This document shows, one piece after another, positions 12,501 through 24,500 of a stretch of DNA of 64,000 bases (position 1 is the first letter of the stretch; each line of letters starts with the position of its first letter). This DNA comes from Thalia democratica (lineage: Eukaryota): contig OZ241830.1 in the NCBI GenBank assembly GCA_965202585.1, positions 9,982,001-10,046,000 on the forward strand, written 5' to 3'. A model generated the notes under the pieces. That model saw only the letters and a list, made by a program, of their open reading frames with translations, was not told the origin of the DNA and ran no database searches. The translations under genes and the position numbers were made by a program.

Positions 12501-15500
12501 ATATATGTTTAATTTAAACCAATTGATATGTATCCGTCCCTGTGTATCAGAATAATAAGGAAATATTAGACGTAATGTTTGTAAACAATAACAAGTAACT
12601 AGAAACTGCCTTATATTTCAAATAAAACATTTGAAAAAAAATTCAATTCGGTATTTATTCGTCCCTTAGCAAAAATTTAAAATGAAGAAACCTAGTTCTT
12701 GTCTGATTAAGATATATAGCTGAATACTTTTAAAAACTATTTACGCAGTAAACATGCATAGATCAGTTAAATGTATTAAAAGCAATCGCTATTTTAATTT
12801 AGTTTCAAGGAAAAATTCTTTATAAATAAAAGTTCTGTGTTCAGAATAATATTTTAGTTATAATCGCACTGTACGGATAAAAGCTTGATAGATATCAATA
12901 AAAAAACGCTTTATTCTTTTTATGTTGCTAATAATGTTGCTCGGTAAGTTTCAAATTCTTCAAGTCAATCATATTTTTAGATACGCTAAAAGTCATTTTT
13001 ATTTTACACCGTATCAAATTCTATGACGTCATACTTATATTTTCTATTGTGACGTCACTAACTTGTCAGTGTCGACGGTCTGAAAGTCGTCCAACTCCTG
13101 AAAGTTGTTGGTGAAGGAGGAGAACTCTTCCTCTGAGATCAACCCGTCGCAATCGAGATCGTACGCTTTGAAGACCGACTGTTGGAAAATAATAAAAACT
13201 TAATAAACAAGTGAAACTATAAAAAATTTAATATAATACAAATAAATACATATATAAAATATGCTAAAACGTCATAGTCAAGATCATACGCTTTGAACAC
13301 AGACTGTTGGAAATAAAACATTAAAAAAATAATAAAACTGGATATACTTGTATATTTTATTTATATCCGTCACAATCAATATCTTACGCTTTTAATACGT
13401 ATCAAGTGTTTAGTGATAAAAATTCTAAAAAGAAGCATCAACATTTATTTTTTAGTTTTTTATAACCAAATCAGTATGTTTGATTTGTAAACGAAAAATA
13501 AAGTGTCTTTCAAAAGCAGTTAAGCTTCTAATTTCAAAATACAATAAAATATTAAACTGGAAACAGTATTATGTTTAAGTAATTTTTTATGATATTCATA
13601 CAAAAACAATTTTTTTTGAATATTTTATTTCTTTATGTCAGTAGGTAAAAAATCGTTGTTTAGAATGTGACACAAAAAATTAATAAGCCTAACTAGATTC
13701 TTTTTATAAACAGTTCGTCAACTTATTAGCAATGACTAGTGTGTTTCTCATAGCATGCATAATATTATAACTTTCAATGATATTACAAAAAAGCTATAAA
13801 TTAAACATAACTAATATTTATTTCTCTTTTAAATGATTAATATCGATATTTTCTATTATGACGTATGAATCCTTAGTGATATATCAAACATTAGTGCGTA
13901 AGAATCATATGTACTTTCGGCTATAATTTAAAACCATAACAACGATTAAATTGGTTATTAATTATTATTAAACATTAAAAAACCCAAATTTATACTCTCT
14001 AAGAAAGTATTTACATTATGTAGTTCTTATAGTATAAAAAAAAAAGAAAAAAGAAGTACTGATTGATTTATTTGAAATTTTTATACAGAACTAACATAAA
14101 TTTAGACGTTATTTTCTCTTTCAGTTTATAAATAGCTGATTCGCGACAACCATGAGATTTATTGGGTTCACATGAACTTACTTTAAATTTAACTAGGCTT
14201 TCATTTTCAGTAATGAAATACCGTTAGAAGTTTGAAATATAAACTTAAGCTTTTTTATAATCTAAATTACAGTAATAGCTTTCGTTTAAAAATATTAAAC
14301 AGTTAGTTTGAGAGTATATTTCAAATTAAAATTTATTTCAACTCATGTTTTACTTGAAAACTTATTATCTGAAATTTTTTATGTTATAAAAAAAACTGAG
14401 TATTTTAACATTTTTATAACCCACAACTTACATCGACAATGCTTTATACATGCTGTCTCTTAGCATTAGCTAGTTTTATTTAATTTAATATTAATTAAAG
14501 TAACTAACATCAACAATATTAGACACATGTTGTCTCATAGTGTTTGTGTTTAATTGACAAGTGTATCTGGCGAAATCCGCAAACCCAATGTTTTCAAAAG
14601 ACAACTTGTTACTGGGACTCTGTAATAATACAAACAATTGTTTACTTTTATGACATGACAATAAAGTAATGATGATAATAAAACAACTAAAGAAATCTAA
14701 AATTTTTGAATAGTTGACTAAAACAGTTACTAATCAGTGTAAGTAAAACTTTGTTCATGAGATTATTACTCGCTGTAGCTAAAATATTACATTTATATAT
14801 AAATTTTTGTGCTTAATAGGAAGAAAACTATAGATAGTTTTGAAAGTCTAACACGCTATAATATACAACTATAGTACTTTGATAATTTTCAGTTTCCTTT
14901 AGTTTATGACAATGGCTAATAACTTTATTTTAAATTGTCACTTTTGGTATCTTATGACGTAGGTAAGATAAAAATAAGCTAACTTGAACTTTTAATAAAC
15001 TCTTTATTGCTTGAAGTATAATTTTAACTTATCAATAAACTAATTTAAGTCGCAATAATGCTACCTACAAAATAACTCTTGTTTTCCACAATGGAAGCTT
15101 ATAAAAAGATTAATTTAACCTTAAAAATATTATATTTTTTAACTTTATTTTAATCATGTTTAATCAGCACAGCTTTAAACTTAAATGTGCAAATATTTTA
15201 CGGTAAAAGACAACACTTTTCACAAACTTTAAAAACGTTAGTTCTGCATAAAATAATAACTAGTAGTTAATTTTCTTTTAAAACTATCAGTAATAATTCT
15301 TTTATAAAAAAAAAACATAAAGCAAAACTTTTTTGTGTCTAAATATAAAAAAAAAATTGTAAATTGCTTAAAATATCAAAATCATGCTTAGTTTATAATA
15401 TTTTAATAGCTTTTTTGTTACATACTTAGTTTTCTTATTCAATTTAGCAACAAAACCTTATAAAATTATGAAATACAGCAAAAAGAAAAAAACATACAAC

Positions 15501-18500
15501 ATTTCCATTATTCTGGCTCCTCCTAGGCTCCCTGATCTCAGACAACTTGTAGATCTCGTCTTCAGAGTATTCCAGGTATAATGCTTGCCTGACAGCTGAA
15601 ATCAGGTCAGTGTTGATGTCGAACGGAAACTCAGCTCTTTGCATTTCTATCAGTTCCTGTGTAAATAGAAAAGTAATAAATTTTTTAATGATATCTGTTA
15701 GCTGCATCTATATTAGTTCCTGAAGATGTTTTGTGAAGGTATGAAGTTGAAACTCTAAAATGTGCAAACTTTCTTTTAAAACTAAAAGCTGCTTGTTTAG
15801 TAAGACTTATAACCGTAAAATGTATTACTTTAAAAATAAATTTTAAGTACTTATTTAAAATTCATAAATAAATTTACTTAATACTTATCAAAAGCTTATC
15901 TAAACAAAGCTGATTTAAAAATAAGTAATAGAGCACAAAAAAATAAAGACAATTTTTAACACTACTTATAAAGCTTTCAACTATATCTAGTTTTTTAAAA
16001 CGCTTCATACTTTAAAAATTTTAAAAACTACATTATTATAATCCGTAAATATTTCACTGGTAATGTATAAGCAACTGTTCTTTAAAAATAATTAAATTAT
16101 TTGGTTTGATTTTTAAAAGTTGCAACAAGTACAAACCTCGAGCATACCACTGATCATATAAAGTTTCTTCACATTTAAAAAATCTAAGTATTTAATTATT
16201 TGAAAATAAACGTATTTAGATAAACAAAAACTTTTTAATAAAATGATTAATTTTTTTATTACATACATACCTCGAATATACCACCGATCATGTAGAGTTT
16301 CTTCACATTTATTTTGCTTCCTTCTAATTTATCTGGGTTTGCCGCTTGGACTGCTATAAGGTCTTTCAATACTATCGCTCTGTTTAAACATTTGATTTTG
16401 CAGAAAAATGTTTAATAAAAAGACTTTGTTTTGCTTTGTTTAAATACTTCGACTTTAACACCAACTAAAATAATTTTAAAGTTAAAAGTAAGAATTTATT
16501 TTAACTAGAGTACGTTGGATTCATAGTACGTTTTTTTATTGTTTAAGATTAACAGCTCTATAACATAAAACGTCTTCAACATGTCCGTTTAATAAAATTA
16601 TATAGCTTTATAAACTAAAACCAATCAAAGCATTGTAGTTGTTTAGAGAAACTCATAAATAACAAATTTATATTTACCTTAATTCATATAAGCAGTACTT
16701 TATGTTATAGCACAAAAAATTAAATGTATGTTTGTTTAGTTATTTTACTTAAGTTAGCACTTTTGTTGCTAAATTGAATAAGGAAACTAAATATATAACA
16801 AAAAAAAACTATTAAAAGATTATAAACTAAGGTTGATTTTGCATATTTTAAACACTTTACAAACATTTTTTGTTATATTTTGACACGAAAAAGTTTTGCT
16901 TTATGTTGTTTTTAGAAAAAAAAATAACTTACATGATAGGAACTTTGAACTTAATCAGTAATTTTAGCGTAAGTAAACTCGTTATTATATAACAAAATAC
17001 TTTTTTTCCAACTCTACCACTAACAAACCATATACTTCTATCAACTTTTGTTAGTAATAACTGTAACTTACATGATAGGAACTTTGAATTGATCGGTTAT
17101 TTTAGCGTAGGCTCTTCTGTATTTGCTGTAGTTTGCTTTGGAATCCAACAACTCCACAAACTTTTCCAAAGTCTGAATAAATTAGTATATTGTTTATTGA
17201 ACTTTAAAAAAAGCGTTCAAAAAGTTTGGTCTAAGGACCTGGTGTACGAAAAAACCTTTAGGTTATCAAGTCATACATTACCTACTTAAACAATTACTTA
17301 CGAGCTAAAATTAACAGTTTTTTTTTATAAACTTTTAAACCTAAAAGAAATAGAGCAATCAATAAAATGAACAAAAGAAATAAAAACAGTATCGCGATAT
17401 TATATAATCAAAGTACCTAAAAGCCATTAATAATTATTGGAGCTTGTAAAAAAGGTTTAAGTTATTAACATCATATATCTAAGTTTTTGAGCTCCTTTAA
17501 CTCAAACAAGAATATTTTTGTTTATAGCATTGAAAAGAAAGGTCAGTTATAAGTATCAAAATAATCATATTTTATAACTAGTACAGTAATTTTTGCTTAA
17601 TATTATTTATTTCATTAAACTTTGTTTGACCAATGGTATTTGAACTATATCATACAACACATTTAAATAATTTTTTTACTTTTATAGCCAACACATATTT
17701 ATGTCATAAAAAAGCAGTTTTAAAGCGCTACAAAAAACAAAGTTTTATAGCATTTTTGCTAATATCGCCAATCGTTTTATGGTAGCAGTAAATAGTAATA
17801 CAAAATCATTTATATAAACAGAAATACTATGTTATATTGTATTCTTTTACCTTCATAGCATCTTTGCTGATTACGCTCATCGTTTTATGATAGCAATAAA
17901 TAGTAATATAAAAACAACAACATAAACAGAAATATTATGTTATATTGTATTCTTTTACCTTCATAGCATCTTTGCTGATTACGCTCATCGTTTTATGATA
18001 GCAATAAATAGTAATATAAAAACAACAACATAAACAGAAATATTATGTTATATTGTATTCTTTTACCTTCATAGCATCTTTGCTGATTACGCTCATCGTT
18101 TTATGAAGTCTCGCAATCGCAGTGTGCTCTAGAGCGCCCACTATCGCTCGTAATGTGTTGAAATTATTCATTTCATGCAGTTTCTGCAAAAATAATAATA
18201 ATTAAATCTGTGAATGTAAAGTGTTGAAATTTTTTATTTAACTAAATTTCTGTAGTAAATAAAAAATAAATAAATAGCTCTCGTTAAAAGTTAAAAGTTT
18301 TCGTTTCATGCAGTTTTTGCGAAAATAAAAAGCTAAAATACTAAAAGTAGACATAAATTTTAGATATTTCTTGTGTACTTCTGTGATCTGACTCTTATAA
18401 AGGTAAAAGTTTTTATGTTTTTGTAAAAACTGTTGTAAACAAAATTGTACGTAGTTTTTATGTTTTTATCACATTATTGCTAGTTAAATTTCTATGTAAA

Positions 18501-21500
18501 AGTTCTATAGCGTTACTCATCAAAATAAATGTTTTTTTTTTTTAAATATTGGCCAAAATTAAAATTAAAATTTTTGTTTCATGCATTTTTTAAATTTCGT
18601 CTAGTTTGACACTACTCCAAAACCTGTTTACTTTACTTTGATTTAAAATATCAAATCTACAGGAAATTTGTTAAACCAAGAATATATTTGTAATAATTTA
18701 AACATAGTAATTCATTTTAACTTCTTTAAAACTCTACGTAATTTTTGTAACTTTTCAATTCTTGAATTATCAGAATATTAAACCAAACGAGAAGTTAAAC
18801 GAAACATTTAACAAGTCCCTTTATAAATGTAATTTGTACAATTAATGTAAATAATAGAATATTTAACTACCACATTTATAGTATGAACAAATTTAAACAA
18901 TCTGTAAACTTCTATGACTTTTTGTTGAAAATTGGAAATGAATAATGTTATAGTATTTAGAGATTTAGCGTTATCATTTATGAGACGATATATACAAAAT
19001 TTTATTGAAAAACTTTCATAACTGCTGTGTTACTGGTTTTGAAAACACAAAAGAACATAAAAACAGTGTTGTAAAAAGTATTTACCAAATTAAATTAGTA
19101 AGTATTGTTTCAGTTGTAAAAAATCACAAACAAGCATTTACTGTATTTTGAAAGCGTTACAAATAGAATTTAAAATATTTTAAACTTGTACTGTATTAAT
19201 GTAAAAACATGAAAAACATTAAAAATACAAGAAAAATCACATAGATGATCAATGAACTATTGTCGAAAAAAATTTGTTTAACAGCATAAGTTTTGACAAT
19301 TAAGTTGATTCTAAATAAATAACAGAACAACAAATTGACATGTTGTTTTTGATAAATAAAGTTTCTGAAACTTAAACGGTTTAAGTGCTAATAAATTTTC
19401 TTATTCTTTTAAAGCTGACTGATTGATCAGAAATTTAACAAATATACTATAGCATTAAGTTTCTAAAGTTTTGTAATTTTAACTTTGATATGACTTGGAA
19501 TTTTTAATTTCAAAGAATTGCAGAAACTAAATATAAAAACAGTAATATTTGATATTTTTGTTTAAAATCCAAAAACAAATTACGAAATTCAATACTCATT
19601 TCAATAATAAAGATAAATTACATCTACGCAATTAGATAACTTTGTTCGGTATTTATCAAAAAATGCCTTTATTTTTCGTAATAATTAATAAAAAGTTTAA
19701 GTTCAAAATTTTTTTAAATTTATCTTTAAAGGAAAACAATACAAATAATGTGAAGTAGTTTGTTAAGAAAATATTTTGACATTGTCTAAATAAAAAAAAA
19801 ATTATCCAACTAAACTTTTAAGTGTTTACATTTTTAATCGAAATAAAAACTATTGTGAATGTTGTTGAACTAATTATGTTTTCCATATTTTTGTTATAAT
19901 TTGTTGTATGCAAACATAAAAAGCATGTAAAAACAAGCTTCAAACAATACAATTCTGAATGTAACAAAGTTAAGTCTCTATAAAAAAAAAATTGTGCATA
20001 GATACTTTTTACAAAAGCTCTCTTGACAAAAAAAAAATACACAATTGCTTTAACATTCTGTAACATATGAATTGTATATCTTTTCGTGCAATAAAATGTT
20101 TTATATTCCTACAGTTGTGAATTTATACAAAAATACCCAAAAGTAGTTTTTGAAATATTTCATTACAAAGTCAAGTTAATTAGGTAACACAAATTTTTTA
20201 ACTAACAACATAATGATATTTATACATTCAAAAGAAAGAGAAAATTTGAAACACGTACTCATAGATATAAATTTAAATAAGTATAAATCATCACTACTTC
20301 AAACTTAATTACTTGAATTAATATTTATGAACATTCTCTATGAATAAAATATTCGAATCAGACTTTCAGTGAACTTACGTAATTTTTTAGTTTAAACAAG
20401 TTGTGATTCACTAAAATTAACATATCGATTTTTAATTCCAGCTTGTAATTAAATCTAACTCGTTTATGAAACTAAATTAATAATTTATGAACTCTCATGT
20501 AGTTAGATGAATTAGCTGGCAAACTTTCTTTAATTGTTGCAACTCGCTTACGTAACTTTAAACTTGAACTTGTTAATTTTTTTAACTGATTTTTACTTGA
20601 TATAAACCATGCGAAAAGTTATAAGAAAATAAAAAAAAAATTATGAGAATTAAAAAATAATAGTGTTTTACTACTTTGTAAAAACTATAATATTATAATT
20701 TATAATATTTTAAGAGTAAATTATCTGAATACAAAAGTCAATAATTACTATATTTTTCTTTGAAAATTTTCTTTTTATATTTTTAGGTAAGTAAAATAAG
20801 CATATGTAAGGTTATCAAAAATATTTTTAAACTGATATAAACCATACTTATAATTGCATAAAGCTTTAAAACTAAAAGATTGTATTTTAAAATTAAGTTT
20901 ATAACAAAGCAAATTCAAAATTTTATTCTTAATCAAAAATTACTCTGATAAAAAGGGAACAAACTTAATTGTTGCATAACTTGGTTAATTTTAAAAATAG
21001 AAACATTAACATACAAGCTCTAACTTTAAACAAAACTTAATTACAAATTAGTGCTTTAGTTGAACTTGTTTAAAAATGTTAAAGCAGTTAATCTTATACT
21101 CAGAAGTATAACATAATAATTTTACGTAAAAGCTAGGTTTAAAGATGAAATAAAGTTATTTGAACTTATAATCACATTATCTTTTCAAGTTTAATAGTAT
21201 ATTTAAGTATACTTTATTATCAAAATACTTTCAAAAGCATTTACTTCTTATTTTTATTTTTGCTTGGAAAAAGCTTAATCAAAACTGTTGATTTATAAAG
21301 TTTAAACTACAACAAAAACATTAAATAAAAATATACTAGTAATTGTCTATAAAGATAGAGTGAGTTTTTTACAGCTTTAAAGCGTAACATAATAGAAGTA
21401 GTTTTTGAATGATGAATTAGCCCTTTATACAAAGGTATTAGATTATTTTTGAGTAAAACTTGTTTAAAACTTTGATATTTATTAAGTTAAAATAAACTAG

Positions 21501-24500
21501 AATCTTATTTTAACAAAAATGTTAATGCTATCGGTTTTATAACTTCTTTCCTTTCTATGAAATTCTATTCAAAAAAATTCTCAAAACGCTGGAAAATTTT
21601 AATCATCTAATTCAAGTAATGTTTTTCTCTTTGATCTTAATTTCTTTATTATTTAACGTATTGTTTCGATATGCCTTTTTTAAACGTTTAAGTATCGTTT
21701 TTCATGCAATAAGTCTTTTAACACTTTAAACAAGATGCTTACACATTTTCGCTTATAACAAATCGATCTAGCATGGAAAGGTGTTTCTAGTTCAATAGAC
21801 GTAATACGCAATTGACACCTTAGGAAAATTTTCAAAAACTGCTATACTAGAACTAGTTATACTAAAGTATTTTGCAAAAGCAAATAATTAGTTTCAAATG
21901 CCCTCTAAAATCTTTGTATACTTCAATAGCTCAGTCGCTAGAAATTTTCAAAAACCACTAATTACCAGTAGTTTAACACTGCTTATTTTATAAAACTTTT
22001 TATTAACCTATTAAGAATATGTATGTTATAACGATTATTGATTAACTGCCCGCGGAAGAATTTGCTATCAATAGCTAGAGAACATTTATTCAAAAAAATA
22101 TATCAAAACTACGTCATTTGCACGCGTGACTAACCTCGGCAATCTGCAGAAACTTTGCTATTGCAGCGGCTCTTTCGGCTGCAGAGTGGTTCTCCAGTAT
22201 CATGCACTGCACCCAGTGGGTTATGTTGTTGCACAGGACGACCGCTCTCTCCAGCTTGCGGATCCCTTTGATGGATCCCCTCTTCAGATACTCCAGGTAG
22301 TCCGCCACCTGAGAAAACAAGTTGGAAAATTATTTTTCGAGAATCAATATTTTCTTGGAATTGATGTTAAATTGAATTTGTGTCAAATGGAACAAGCGGT
22401 GGTTACGTAGTTTTGGTTTATAGCGTTAAAACTACTGAAACGTTTTATCATTGTTAATATTTTTTAGCTTAATTTGGTTGTAAAAAGAGTTTGCTGTTAT
22501 AAACAAAAGTTCTGATATCAAGCAGATTGCTAGCTACAAGTTTACTTGCTTTGCAACTAGTTTCACTGCTTTAAATCTGAGTAGTAAAAAAAATTGTGAA
22601 ACTTTTAAAGAGCTATATGGTTTAACTTTGAAGTATTAAGTGAACAGATCAAAATTTTAAACAGTTTTATTTTATGTAGTAGAAAGTTAAAAGGTGTTTA
22701 ATTATTAATGTTGATAAATTTGAAATAAACTTAAAATTTATGTAGTCTAAAGCATGTTAAAATGGTAAAACTGAAACTTATTCGGACTAAAACAGTTTTG
22801 ATTGACTATTTAAGTGCAACTTTTGGTTCATTTATTCCACACTTAGTCTTAAAATCATTTCTTTATCATAAATACTGTAGCTTGTTTTAGTGAATTATAT
22901 CTTATAAAATACAGAAATTTATTTAATTCTAGTTATATTTAGCTTTAAATCGTTTAACTGAACAACTTATGTTGTAGAAAGATTAATATTCAATATTTTA
23001 AATGATTTCGAAAACCTTACAAACAAAACTAATTTTTTTCAAATCATTAATGCACAGTAAAATAAGAATTCTGTAAAACAAAAGTTTAAAAGCGATTGGA
23101 TGTTTAGTTGTTTACATTTATAACCCCAATGGACTTAAATTGGAAATCATTATGTAAGTATTGAAGGTTACGTAAGAAAATATGAATAATTAATCTGCTA
23201 AAGTTCTAAATATATAAACTTTTGGTTTTGATATAAAACATTACCTTTTCTGCTAAAAAAAATTTTGACTAGAACTAAAATTTAAAAGTTTTTTGAAAAT
23301 AAGTTTCACATACTTTAAATAAACACAAGAAAACTATAATCATTTTAAAACTACTTTTTACAGCATATTAGCTTTATTGACAATACGATAAAGTTAAAAA
23401 CTTGGAATACATAAGATTAAAAGAATTTTATATCAAGTTAAATTGGTACTTATGGTAGCTAGCATAATTTCTTTAAACATATTTTTTATATGAACATACA
23501 AGCATGCATTAATACTTATTTCAATAAAATTAACTAGCAGATAATCCTCTAAATAATTTATACTTTAAATAACTTGTTAATATATTTAGTTTTATACTAT
23601 CTAACAGACAATTTTCTGAAACATTAACTCATGTGAATTGCTAGTTTATAAAGTTGTTTTTTTATTTAGATGATTTAATACAAATGAATAATAACGAAAT
23701 GAGTTTATGAATTTATCATTGTATTCCATACTACTTAAATATTTATATGTATGTATCTCTGTAACTACATATTTAACTAACAGACTGCCTTCGGAAAGAC
23801 TTGTACTCCATACTACTTTAATATTTATACATGAAACTCTGTAACTACATATTTAACTAACAGACAATCTTCTGAAGCACTTGTACTCCATGTAGCTGAT
23901 GTGAATCGCCAGCTCATGCGGTTTCAGGTGATTGAACACCAGCGAGTATTTCCTCAGTTTCTTGTTGACGTCTGTCGGTCTTTTTGATATCTGGCACCTC
24001 TGAATTATTCCGAAGTTGCATCTTAAAAGTTTAGTTTGTTGAGTTAGAGATGTTTTGAGTTATGGTTATTTTTTCAATTTTATTAAGTTTTTTTTTTACT
24101 GTTAATTAATAAAATATATAAATATTTTTATTATTAAACGTGAAATATGTTAGTTTTTTTCGATAAATTACGCTAAAAATATTTAACAAAGTAGTATAGT
24201 TGGTGTTGAAAAAACTTTTTTTTTTGTCTTAAGTCAAGCAAAAAGTTTAAGAAAGTTTCTAATCAACTTAAAAAAAAGTGAGCAGTGATTAAAAAAGATA
24301 AAACAAATAAAAATGAATATATATTTCAAAGTCAAGAAAAAAAAATTAATATAAATAAACTCAAGTAGAAAAATGTTAAGCTGTATTGATATACAATAAA
24401 AATTAAATCTTATTTTACGAATGTCAGAAAAATAAGTATTTAATTTTGAAAAATAAAAACTACATAAACCTTTTTATTAGCCGTTTTGTACTAGGTTCAT

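Noticed and set aside
21540-21830. Minus-strand fragment ...PFHARSICYKRK... resembling a decayed transposon zinc-finger
   Set aside because: It is too short and interrupted to support.
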